From assembly GCF_006345805.1 (NCBI RefSeq), contig NC_043000.1:115382001-115446000 (forward strand): 64,000 bases of DNA. Reading direction: 5' to 3'. Both the position numbers and the translations under genes were made by a program. Positions 25,151 to 36,487 of this stretch are shown here, piece after piece. The notes under the pieces are model-generated. The model had not been told where the DNA came from, did not search any database, and was given only the letters and a program-made list of their open reading frames with translations. Position 1 is the first letter of the stretch; the number at the start of each line of letters is the position of its first letter. The DNA comes from Octopus sinensis (taxonomy: Eukaryota).

Positions 25151-26520
25151 TCAGGCCATATCCCGTGGCCCCTACCTGGGACGTAGTCGATCCACCTGTG
25201 CATACCTTCCTTCTTGTGACACTTGTGAAGACCTGCTGAGGCAAGTGAAAATCAATCAAAATAGATGAACATCAATGGAATTTGTATCTTTGTGGTACCA
25301 GTGCCTGTGGCACACAAGAAAACCATCCGAACGTGGCCGTAGCCAGTACCGCATCGACTGGCCTCCGTGCTGTGGGAACATGGTGGCACATAAAAACACC
25401 ATCCGAAGACCCGGCAAGACTAGTCAGGTCATAACCCGTGGCCCCTACCTGGGACGTAGTCAGTCCACCTGTACATACCTTCCTTCTTGTGACACTTGTG
25501 AAGACCTGTTGAGGCAAGTGAAAATCAAAATCAAAATAGATGAACATCAATGGAATCTGTATCTTTGTGGTACCAGTGCCGGTGGCACACAAGAGAAAAC
25601 CATCCGAAAGTGGCCGTAGCCAGTTCCGCATCGACCGGCCTCCGTGCTGTGGGCACGTAACAAACACCATCCGATCATGGCCGTTCGCCAGCCTCATCTG
25701 GCACCTGTGTCGGTGGCACATAAAAACACCTTCCGAAGACCCGGCAAGACTAGTCAGTCCACCTGTGCATACCTTCCTTCTTGTGACACCTGTGAAGACC
25801 TGTTGAGGCAAGTGAAAATCAAATCAAATCAAAATAGATGAACATCAATGGAATTTGTATCTTTGTGGTACCAGTGCCTGTGGCACACAAGAAATCCATC
25901 CGAACGTGGCCGTAGTCAGTACCGCATCGACTGGCCATCGTGCTGTGGGCACATAACAAACACCATCCGATCGTAGCCGTTCGCCAGCCTCATCTAGCAC
26001 CTGTGTCGGTGGCACATAAAAACACCATCCGAAGACCCGGCAAGACTAGTCAGGCCATATCCCATGGCCCCTACCTGGGACATAGTCAGTCCACCTGTGC
26101 ATACCTTCCTCCTTGTGATACTTGTGAAGGCCTGTTGAGGCAAGTGAAAATCAAAATCAAAATGAAATCAAAACAAATCAAATCAAATCAAATCAAAACA
26201 AATCAAAATAGATGAACATTAATGGAACTGTATCTTTGTGGTACCAGTGCCTGTGGCACACAAGAAATCCATCCGAACGTGGCCGTAGCCAGTACCGCAC
26301 CGACTGGCCTCCGTGCTGTGGGCACGTAACAAACACCATCCGATCGTGGCCGTTTGCCAGCCTCATCTGGCACCTGTGTCGGTCGCACATAAAAAACACC
26401 ATCCGAGCGTGGCCGTCTGCCAGCCTCGTCTGGCACCTGTGTCGGTGGCACATAAAAAACACCATCCGAGCGTGGCCGTTTGCCAGCCTCGTCTGGCACT
26501 GTGTCGGTGGCACATAAAAT
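25148..26520 (+). repeat. Four tandem ~270-340 bp copies of the RTE 3' UTR plus ~60-bp subrepeats
   Basis: Units start with tagtcag at 25148, 25421, 25751 and 26047. Confidence 0.92.
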
Positions 26521-26929
26521 CACCCACTACACTCTCGGAGTGGTTGGCGTTAGAAGGGCATCCAGCTGTAGAAACCTGCCAGATCTGACTGGACTGGTGC
26601 AGCTTTCGGGCTCCCCAGACCCCAGTTGAACCGTCCAACCCATGCTAGCATGGAAAGCGGACGTTAAATGATGATGATGATGATGATGATAACAAAGAAT
26701 TTAGTAAAATGACTTGGTTATCATTAAGCTAGCGTTAGGAACATAAATTGTGACTAAGGTTTGGTGGAAGATTTTAATTCAAAATTTATGAAAACAAGAC
26801 ATTTGTATTACAGAGCCAGAGGCAGTTTCAGTCAGGTTGGTATTGAAAGGGTTAAGAATTGTTTCTCAATTATATATTTTAACTCTTTCGTTACCGTATT
26901 AATTTTGAGATGCTCTGTATTTCTTTTAA

Positions 26930-27884
26930 TCTCTTATTATAAAAGGCAGATTTTATCTGCCTCCCTTTGGGAGTTATAAAAATCTACAATATAGGATTTC
27001 TTCAATTACAATTTACCTAGCAATTTTAAGAGTACAATGCATCGCGTCATGCCAGGTCCAGTTTTTAAAATTTAAACTCCAATTAAGCAAAATTTACAGA
27101 AAACTCACATTCTGGTGTGTGTGTCAAATGCTTTCTTAGTTGGTTACACCACACGCAAACGACACACACACAAAGGGAGCGAATGTTTCACTCACGCTAT
27201 CACCCTTCTCCTCTTTGTCTTTGCAAAGTTGGCAGCTATTAAAGTGAAAACAGTGAATCCGACAGCGATTAAGAACACGAATTAGCACTGAATGGAGTGA
27301 AAATTTAAAAACTGTTTCTTTCGGTGATTTTTCGAAGAAACTGCACTAAGCCACAGACTTTCCAGAAGAGTAAAGCCTTACACTATTTCTATTACTTTTT
27401 CGAAACAAAACGAAAGAAAGGGGAAGTTTGTGGTTTCCCACCTTAAATGAAATTAAGACTATTTTGCCATAAATATTATTTGGGTATCCGAAAGTTACCC
27501 AGAATAACAAATTCTATCGTAAATTTTGTTGTATACCCAATTGAATTGCTAAAACCCATTTTATTAGCGATGTTTGAACAAAATTTTAATAATTTTACAG
27601 AGAAAGTTACCCAGAATAACAAAACGAGCCCTTGGGTATTAGCATGAGTCTACGATTTAAAAAAATTACCATCATATTTTTCCATTTTAATGCATTTTTT
27701 TCGCTTTTATATAGGGGAAGTAACTCTCTAAAATAATCTACTATGTGTCAACGATTGAAAGAAAATTTACCTTAATTTTTTTTCAATTTTTAATGCATTT
27801 TTTGCTACTTTTGGCTATAACTCTCTAAAAATGCTTATATTAGTTATTTCCCTTACAACCCGAGCAACGCGGGCGATACTGTAG
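26930..27884 (+). mobile_element. Non-autonomous Helitron, family 3 (~955 bp)
   Basis: A|TCTCTTATTATAAAAGGC ... CCCGAGCAACGCGGGCGATACTGTAG|T; the MITE sequence rejoins precisely across it with no TSD. Confidence 0.82.
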
Positions 27885-28689
27885 TTTTAAAATAAGAAAG
27901 AATTTAGAAAAATAACTTGGTTATAATTCAGCTAGTGTTAGGAACATAAATTGTGACTAAGGTTTGGTGGAAGATTTTAATTCAAAACTTATGAAAACGA
28001 CATTTGTACTACAGAGCCAGAGCTGGTTTCAGCCGGGTTGGTTACAAAAGGGTTAAATGGACAACTTGGTTTCCTTCAAAGAATTCAAGAACTATGGAAG
28101 ATGCTTTACACCTGGAATATTTACCTAATACACAGCTCGTGTGCAATTGCATACAATCTACCTTAACAAGTTCAAGTTGAATTTCCGTGTAAAAGATTGT
28201 TAATCTTAAAATGTCAGGCCAATATATTAAGAAAGGGTATGGTCCTAAAACCATAGTTTCTAATTTAAGTAAAAGGTCAGTGGCTTTGAGAGAGGAGCAG
28301 TTAATGCCCTCAGCGTCAGTTCTTGACTGGTGGGGCTTGAACACAAAATGCAAATGACAGGAACCAATACGACAAAGTATTTTCTTTGACATTACTGTGA
28401 TTCTGCCAGGTTGCCACAGTATTTGATGACATATAACAAACTTTTTTTCTTCTGCAAATATGTCTCAAAAACTCACTCTAGGTACTATACGCAAAGTTGT
28501 GCATTGATGCATTAAAAAGTTTCCACCCTCCCCCCTGAATATGCACAGCTGAAATTGAGGTGCATCTAATGTGCCTGTGCATCCTTTATGCCATCAAATA
28601 AGTATCTAATAAGGAACTACAAAAAGTTCTTGTATGTATGTTATGTAAAAGATCAAACTTGAACATAGTTGTGTTTTTACTATAACATA

Positions 28690-29063
28690 CTAGCACTATG
28701 ACCCAGTAACGCCAGGTCATAGTGCTAGTGCATGCATATACAACTGCGTGTGTGCACACATACACGCGAGTACTGTCCAAATCTCCGACCAATCACATAC
28801 AGCTAGCTGGCATTCAATTGGCGTATCAAGTTTCGGGCATTTTGATTGGGTTTTGGACAGAAAATTCACAAAAATGTCACTTCTATTGATTTTTTAATGG
28901 CTTTGCGGGGTGACTGGGGAAATGTAAAGATGTGCACGACCACCATTGGTTGATTTTGAATGACCATAGAAAGTGCGAGCCCTCTAACTGAAAAATTGTG
29001 GATTTGTATAAAGGACACACACACACACACAGACAGACATTTTGCCGTTTATATATAGAGAGA
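28690..29063 (-). mobile_element. Non-autonomous Helitron, family 2
   Basis: Minus strand A|TCTCTCTATATATAAACGGC ... terminal hairpin ... CTAG|T. Confidence 0.8.
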
Positions 29064-29560
29064 TTTGAAAGAAAAGCTGTTTGCGGTTTTCCTAAAACAC
29101 ACACAGATATGAGAGAGAGATTCGATATGAGAAAAGATAGAACTTGTCAGCTGGTGTTCATTTCAATACGTTTTCAAAAGTTCTCTAGCAATGTTTTAAA
29201 TCTCATTCATATTGTAGTTAAACAAAAAAAAAAACAAAAAAAAAACCCTTTTGATATTCTTCCTGTTTTAAATCAGCCACTTTCTTTTTTTTTTGTGTAT
29301 ATATTTATAAAAACTTCTTGTGCTTCAGTTGTATATTGAAAGAAATGAGGAATTGATTTAAAATTTCAAGTCAAGAGTTCTGGGAGTGGTTAACGAGTGT
29401 TAATCAACGCACTGTTTTACTTTACTATGTTTTTCTCTCTTGACCCAACAGCATTTCCATTTTCCACTTCACTAATGTTATATTTAGTATTTCAAAATGA
29501 AATTGTAAACATGACATCATTGACCTTTAAACTTCACTAAAACTGACACACACACACTAC

Positions 29561-29604
<44 letters not shown>

Positions 29605-29867
29605 CATCAGACAAAAACAGATAATAAGACCCACATTAAACTCGTCACTCGAATCATGATCAAACCAAGAGTTTTAACTATGGCCTGTCCATAGCACTTA
29701 CTTAGCATTACCTGTCACTCTTTGGGTCTTCTAGATAACAATTCCTTTTATACCCTCGGGCAGGTGTATATGTGTATATATATATATATATTATATATGA
29801 ATTTTTCCGTAATGAGATAAAAAAAAACCCAAGGCTGTATAGATATTAGAGCATTTATATATAGAAA

Positions 29868-29919
29868 GTATTACAGCTGTTTCTAGGATATTAATTAATA
29901 ATATCCCTTCATCGGAGAC
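29868..29919 (-). ncRNA. Penelope-type minimal hammerhead ribozyme motif (variant/decayed)
   Basis: Minus strand: GTCT CCGATGA A GGGATATT attaatt AATATCCT A GAAAC AGCT GTA ATAC. U4C core change, extra A before GAAA, palindromic helix III ACAGCTGT, GUA site, one mismatch in helix I. Confidence 0.6.
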
Positions 29920-30249
29920 GGTGTGAGAGGAAAAATTAAGTCATAGTTCATTCCGATGTGATACAAATAGAGAGTGAGGTCCCTTTATTCGCAATATTAC
30001 CGAATCTCTCCCCCTCCCATATATATATATATATATATGTGTGTGTGTATGTATATAGTTTTTCCATTCTTGGACAGATCTTCAGCAAGGCCACTCTTTT
30101 CTAGCAGTCTCATGCCATTTCATTTGTGAGATCCAGTTACCTGAAATTATTCTTAACCATTTATTTCCGTTTTCTTCAATCTTGGATTTACCCTGTTGTC
30201 AACCTTCATGTGGATTACATGTCCATATCAGCACATTCTTCTCTTATAG

Positions 30250-30780
30250 GTGCTGGTGTGGCTGTATGGTTAAGATTGTTCCATAACCATGTGGTTTTTG
30301 GTTCAGTTCCACTATGTGGCACCTTGGATATGCGTCTCGTATTCTAGCTCAGTGGTTCCCAACATTTCTCTACAAAGGACCCTTTTTATTTAAATGAGTT
30401 TTCCCATGGACCCCAGAAGGGTCTGTCAGCTTAACACGTTCACGGATCTCCAGTACTCCTTTGTAGTCCACAAGTTGGGAATCAAAGCTCTCTGAGTGGA
30501 TTTGGTAGATGGAAACTGAAAGAGCCCCTTCATGTGTGTGTGTGTGTGTGTGTATGTGTATACCCTTGTTCTGACATCACACGATAGTTGTAAACGAGCA
30601 TCAGTGTTATACAAGCGAAGTTGTTCATTTCCTATCTTCCCTAAAAAAAAAACATGTCTAGCTATGGGGAAGTATTACCTTATTTGGAAACAGATGAGGG
30701 TTGGTGACAGGAAGGGCTTTGACAAATTCTAACTGACTCAGGTGAGCATAGAAAAGTGGATTTTGAATGGTGATAGTGAT
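30250..30780 (+). mobile_element. SINE type A' interrupted by a hAT-like MITE (30350-30487)
   Basis: gtgtggctgtatggttaag head; inserted cagtggttcccaac...gttgggaa; core resumes at gagtggatttggtagatgg; RTE-like tail. Confidence 0.7.
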
Positions 30781-31039
30781 GTACATTACAGTTGATTCCT
30801 CTTCTACCCAATTTTTCTCTCAATTCATTTGTGCTCTGCTGTTTCTACTCATGTTCACTGGACCGTGCTCACTTTGTTTCTTCTCACCTTTGTACAGTTT
30901 TTGCATTCAGTGTCTATGCCTTGCTACCATGTAATACCAGATTTCAGACAATGAGAAAATCCCTTTGTTACCACTGGAAGTAATAATAGTTCCATGGACT
31001 GTTTTTCTCCTGTTTTCATTCTGGCTAACCATTGTTAGA

Positions 31040-31345
31040 AGTTAAGAAGTTCTTAATCAGATCAAACCGAAACTGTCGCTAGAAGCTAGGACCACCAAGT
31101 ATAGATTAACATATTTTGGTCATATGCGGAGAAAATCCCCAGAGAAAGACATCATGCTCGGAATGGTCAGTGGCAAGAGAGGAAGAGGCTGATCAAGAAC
31201 CCGCTGGCTTGACACCATCAAGAGTGACACGGGAATGGACATAGCCAATCTGAAAGAAGTGACCCAGGATAGAACTGGCTGGAGGACACTGATCCATCGA
31301 GTAACCGAGAGTTAACTTCGACTGAGCGGATAGATAGATAGATAG
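31040..31345 (+). pseudogene. BovB-like RTE 3' fragment
   Basis: EVLNQIKPKLSLEARTTKYRLTYFGHMRRKSPEKDIMLGMVSGKRGRG*SRTRWLDTIKSDTGMDIANLKEVTQDRTGWRTLIHRVTES*LRLSG*, then (ATAG)n. Confidence 0.85.
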
Positions 31346-31649
31346 AACCATTGTTTGTTAAATCTTCTCAATAACAGAAGCTCTCTATCACTCTCTCTCT
31401 AGAAAGTCTTCTGGGCATTTCAAAGAATTCATTCCATAAATGTTCTTACTGCTAAATATTTCCTGTGCATTTGTTGCATGCAAAGTCTTTTCTTTTTTCT
31501 CAGCCTGCATCTAAGCACATTCCATCTTTTGCATACTTGTAATTTATTTTGGATAAACAGTACAGACCTTCTTCCTATGCATCTATCCTTGTTTATCACT
31601 GATCCAAGATAACATATGCTTAATTGTGAACCTTGTTACATCATCATCA

Positions 31650-31762
31650 TCATTTAACGTCCGTTTTCCATGCTAGCATGGGTTGCACGGTTCGACTGGG
31701 GTCTGGGAAGCCAGGAGGCTGCACCAGGCTCCAGTCTGATCTGGCAGTGTTTCTACAGCTGG
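31650..31762 (-). mobile_element. RTE 3' tip fragment
   Basis: catcatcatttaacgtccgttttccatgctagcatggg...tttctacagctgga. Confidence 0.8.
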
Positions 31763-32611
31763 AACACAAACTGATCTGTGTTAACACAGGTCTGCAACAT
31801 ATCAAAGATCCCACTTGGAGTACAGAAGTGTTTCTCAGTGACCGGTCACGATGCTCAGCTGCACAGAATGCACTAATTTATTGCTCGTGTTTACATCACG
31901 ATGCTGCAAAGTTGTGTATTTTTCTTCTGTATGAATTTACATACGTTTACTGATCATATGTTATTACATTTTACCCTAAATATTATCCCAACTATGAAAC
32001 AATATCATTATGTGTGTTTGAAAACTGAATGTTTGATTGAGTTTGGGGTGCACCTTGGGGGTCTCAGAATGAAGCCTATTTTCCCCCATATGGTTTGTTA
32101 TTCATTTAACACTGTGTCTTTTGTAATCAAATACCCATGGTAAACAAGGATAGATGTTACTTTCTCTTTATATTGAACATGGCTGCTTGTAATAGAGTTT
32201 TGTGTTCTTCCCTACTAATAATGGCTTTTGTCTTTATTTTTACACTTTCATTTTGGGCTCTGTTTCTATGTTTGCAATATTTCCTCTAATTATTTGCCGG
32301 ATTAGGTTTTTAAGAACTAAGTTATCAGCATAAAGGAGATCCTAGAGCTGTCTTAAATTTGCTTGTTACAGCCAAGAGTACCATAATAAACAGCATGAGG
32401 TGGGGGTGGGGAACTAAATCCTGTTATATTAGTCATTAAGGATGAAATCTCCTTGTGCAGCCTTATTAAGTGACTATTTATACCTTGCTTCACTGGATAA
32501 TTTCAGTATTTCAGGAATTACCCATGGTGATCTAGCTACTTATGATGCTAGCTTCGTATCCTTTACAGACCTTTCAACTATATAGCTCTCAACTTCAGGA
32601 GCTGGTTCTGC

Positions 32612-32973
32612 TGTTTGTTTGTTTGTTGAGTGAAGCGGTCTTCGTCCCAGTGGGAGAAGTCCAAAACATGGTCCTTTGCTATTTGTAAGACCCGCAGAAG
32701 AGAAAGCAAGTCAACCCCTGACACCGAGAGCATCGACAGGTGGATGAATGTGCATCCAGGCTCAGCGGTTGCATAGGAAGTCAGGGACAAGAAACAGGAA
32801 GAAAGAGTGAAAGTTGGAGCGAAAGAGTACAGCAAGGGGTCGCCACCACCCCCTGCTGGAGCCTCGTGGAGCTTTAGGTGTTTTCACTCAATAAACACAC
32901 AACGCCTGGTAATCGAAGCTGTAATCCTCCGACCGCAAGTCCGCTGCCCTAACCACTGGGCCATTGCGCCTCC
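32612..32973 (-). mobile_element. tRNA-headed SINE type C with alternative tail and (AAAC)n end
   Basis: Same head and core as 1975-2355, but unrelated 3' half. Confidence 0.85.
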
Positions 32974-33027
32974 TGGCTCTGTTGTTGAATTTGGAGTAGT
33001 CTCTCTCCCTCCCTTTCGCCTTCTCAG

Positions 33028-33060
33028 ATACGTGACTATATCTCTTTGGAATCAATGAGG
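33028..33060 (+). CDS. YTHDF: Candidate 33-nt cassette microexon of YTHDF (IRDYISLESMR)
   Basis: Pyrimidine tract ctctctccctccctttcgccttctcag, 11 open codons in phase 0, donor AGG|GTGAGT. Predicted from splice signals only. Confidence 0.55.
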
Positions 33061-34711
33061 GTGAGTGCACCAGTAGCTTTCCCAACACATTTCTAACTAA
33101 TGCCTCTGGTCACGTTGACACACTTTGTAATCTGGAGCACCTTGTGAGTCTAATTTTGTTGTTGCAGAACCTTGACAGCTCTTAACTTTCTGCTTCTTAT
33201 CTTGGTTTATATATCTGATCTAGCTTCTTCTGTTTGCTGCTTGAGATTTATTTCTTACTCCCACTTCTATTCTTATCTCTTATTTTTTTTTTTTGTTGTT
33301 TTTGTGTCTTTGTCTACTCTATCATTTTGCTACTATCACTTCTTATGTTACTGGAACCTTGATCTATCCTCACATCTGGTCTGTGGTTTGCAGTAGGTTG
33401 TCTTGTAAAAACTTCCCTGGTGTCTTTTGTTGTTATATGTTGAATGGTTGAGGGATTTTTCAGCTTCCATACTTTTTCTAAATTATCTTGTGAACCTGAG
33501 TCCATCTAACATAGTGGTAGTTCCCCTTTGGGGATGTTGTGAGTTCACAAAGGGGTAGAAAATGTCAGAAGTGTATTGGTTGTTTACTAAAGTCAAGAGT
33601 TTTCTTTGAAATTAAATATTAAAACCAGGTACAGTAGTTATGTTTAAAAAAAAAAAGCATTTTCAATGAAATCTCTAACATTAGAATATGAGAATATTTC
33701 GTATATTTTGTGAGGCAAAACATGAATCTTGTACCATTGTAAAGAAGAGGTTGAGTGCTACTGATTGATCTCACATTTACCTTGTTTTTGCTAACCACTT
33801 GTCTATGTTGCATGGTGCATTCTCCACTGAGTAAAATCTAATTTTTCACAACCATCTGTCCACCTGATAAGTATAAAGTTTATCTGAATGGTAGATGATC
33901 AGATGGCTGTTTTCCACTTCACTCCTTCCTTGTACTAAAAATCTTTGCCGCTGTTCCTTGCTTGTGAGGAGGCTGGCTATAGCTTACCTCTATTTTTCCA
34001 TTTGTCTGCAGAGCAGAGCTACTTGTTTCTACTTTAGCATTTTTACAATCTCTCCAACCTGTGTAGAAGGTGGCGACCCTGAGGTTTTGCAGCTGAGTTG
34101 GTGATGTCTGATGGATGCTCATACCTAGAGGAAGTCATTGTCCTGTATATGCAAATAAGGTTTTTTTTTGGGGATCCCTTTTCTATTGCCAATCACAGCA
34201 TGGACCATGTGCATTTCATCATGCCCCCAGCATTAGAGAGGGCTGTTTTCTTCAACACTTTGTCCATCTTCAGTTAGCCCGTCAGTATTTAATGTGGCCA
34301 CATCCAACCCAAATATTCTTCCTGTTTTATGTTAAAACTGACCGGATCCAACTTCTTGCACCTACCTTACTATGTCATTCTAAAAATATACAAACACATA
34401 ATCGAAATCTTGAAGTTACAAGATAATGTCTGATTAATTTAATGAATAAGATATATATTTAACAAAGACACCTGAATGCTAAAGAGTTTGTGTATTTAAA
34501 ATTCCTGCTCTTCTTGGTGGGTTGCCTTCTTTCCGTCTTGAGAAATCTATGCCTCCTCAGTGCATAATCAGCTTATAATCTTTTTGTATTCTATTGGGTT
34601 GTTCTGAGTGAGCGAAACCCAGATGGTTCACCTCCACTGTGGCTGAAGAATTACATCTTTCTATAAACCTCAGTATTTAGCTGGAGGGAGGGATAGGAGT
34701 AAATGTTTTAA

Positions 34712-34945
34712 GACAGTGAGCTGGTAGAAACTTTAGCACGCCGAGTGAAATGCTTAGCGATATTTCATCTGCCGTTACGTTCTGAGTTCAAATTCTGCCA
34801 AGGTCGACTTTGCCTTTCATCCTTTCAGGATCGATAAATTAAATACCAGTTACGCACTGGGATCAATGTAAAAGACTGACTGCCGTTGTCTGCCCTTGTT
34901 TGTCCCCTCTATCTTTAGCCCCTTGTGGGCCATAAAGAAATAAGA
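34712..34945 (+). mobile_element. SINE type B
   Basis: Full copy with degenerate TSD agtaaa(t/a)gtttt. Confidence 0.85.
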
Positions 34946-35764
34946 AGTAAAAGTTTTGTGTGACCTAAATAGATGTGTTTGTATGATCAATGTGATAGGA
35001 CCTGGATTTTTTAACACTAATTGTGGTGAATGATGTATCAGTCAAAAACTAACAAAGTTGGTCCTTTAATTTGTCTTGGTTGTTAACTTCTATTCCTTTC
35101 ACACACATATTGACTTCTTTTGGTTTATCTCTTCCTTCTGTTCAAAGCACCTGTGAAACTGATTATCCTTTGTCTTAATTTCGACATCTGATGATGAAAA
35201 CCATAAGCAATGCATGTACAAATATGTGTTTTGTCTGGTAAACACCTTTAGAGTAAAATTAAAACATGTGGTCAGCTGAGACCATTACCAGTTGTAATTA
35301 TTTCCCCTTATGTTTTTAATATTTCTGCATAAAGTTTGTTCAGATTTGATCTCTCATTTTATTGGTGGGTTTGAGATGTTTTGATGTCACTTGTTTGGTG
35401 TTGCCTATTCAACATTAACTTATTCGACATTAGGCATTGAAATGTTTCTCCTCGCTTCATGTGAACATATTTATCTGTACATGTATGAGGTAGAGGAAAG
35501 TGTTTGTGCCATTCAGGTTCAATTCATAAATTGTAATACATGCCCCTCTCACTTTCTTTTTAATCTGAGTGTGTGTGTGTGTGTGTTTCTTCTCCAGTGC
35601 CAAAACAGGCTGAATGTCCTGTCCATCCTGCTAAATCACCTGCATCCATACAACTGCTCCCAATCATCTCGTTCTCTCTCTCTCTCAATCACCCATTGAT
35701 GAATAACTCTGATTATTCATGATCAAACGTACAAAGCAGTTAATTGTTAACAATCCTTTCTGCT

Positions 35765-35940
35765 ATATTGCACAGGCCCTAAAATTTGCAGGGAGGAAGC
35801 AAGTTGATTACGTCAGCTCTGGTGTTTAACTGGTTCTTCTTATATCAACCTTAGAAAGACAACAGGCAAATTTGAACTCAGAACATAATGATCAACGAAA
35901 TGCTGCTAAGCATTTGCCTGGTGTGCTAACAATTCTGCCA
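35765..35940 (-). mobile_element. Old SINE type B variant
   Basis: Reverse-complement tggcagaattgttagcac head; tail as in 46668-46820. Confidence 0.55.
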
Positions 35941-36077
35941 TAATAATATAATAGTAGTAGCAGCATGCTGCTGCTGTTATTAAAATATCACACTTGGTTC
36001 TCAATATCAGTTTCAAAACATTCCAGCCAAATAAAAAGTTTCATACTATTTTGGACAATTGCAAAAATGCTTATATC

Positions 36078-36293
36078 TCTTACTCTTTACTCTTTTACTT
36101 GTTTCAGTCATTTGACTGTGGCCGTGCTGGAGCACCGCCTTTAGTCGAGCAAATCGACCCCAGGACTTATTCTTTGTAAGCCTAGTACTTAGTCTATTGG
36201 TCTCTTGCCGAACCGCTAAGTTATGGAGACGTAAACACACCAGCATCAGTTGTCAAGCGATGTTGGATGGACAAACACAGACACACACACACA

Positions 36294-36324
<31 letters not shown>

Positions 36325-36487
36325 GTATACATATATACAACGGGATTCTTTCAGTTTCTGTCTACCAAATCCACTCACAAGGCTTTGGTCGGCCCAAGGC
36401 TATAGTAGAAGACACTTGCCCAAGGTGCCACGCAGTGGGACTGAACCCGGAACCATGTTGGTAAGCAAGCTACTTACCACACAGCCA
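36078..36487 (-). mobile_element. SINE type A (tRNA head, ccttgggcaagtg core, central microsatellite, CR1-like tail)
   Basis: Near full length. A box tggctgtgtgg, B box gggttcagtccc, tail ggcggtgctccagc...gactgaaacaag(taaaagag)n. Confidence 0.9.

Larger units (their letters stand above)
22922..26690 (+). mobile_element. 5'-truncated RTE-clade LINE
   Basis: ORF pieces 22948-23502 and 23432-25150 (TWWWN linker; NYRGIKLL, QFGFVPG, AFVDLEKAFD, GVHQGSVLSP, YADD, FRYLG, LRWYGH, GRGRP). No APE domain. Ends in (GAT)n. No TSD; a few bp of target appear deleted. Confidence 0.95.
22863..28056 (-). mobile_element. Second MITE family 1 dimer, split by an RTE and a Helitron
   Basis: Monomer B = 22863-22921 + 26691-26855; spacer 26856-26878 (reverse complement of the 16517-16539 spacer, one mismatch); monomer A = 26879-26929 + 27885-28056. 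Confidence 0.85.

Noticed and set aside
25215-25255. ctgctgag-gcaagt-gaaa in each RTE UTR unit as a hammerhead core
   Set aside because: A6 is replaced (CTGC/CTGT) in all four units, and no helix III or NUH partner could be built.
25148-26520. CRISPR-like array
   Set aside because: Eukaryotic retroelement UTR repeats with no unique spacers and no cas genes.
25272-26638. Numerous 65-180 aa ORFs on both strands
   Set aside because: By-products of the tandem GC-rich UTR repeats, with no protein motifs.
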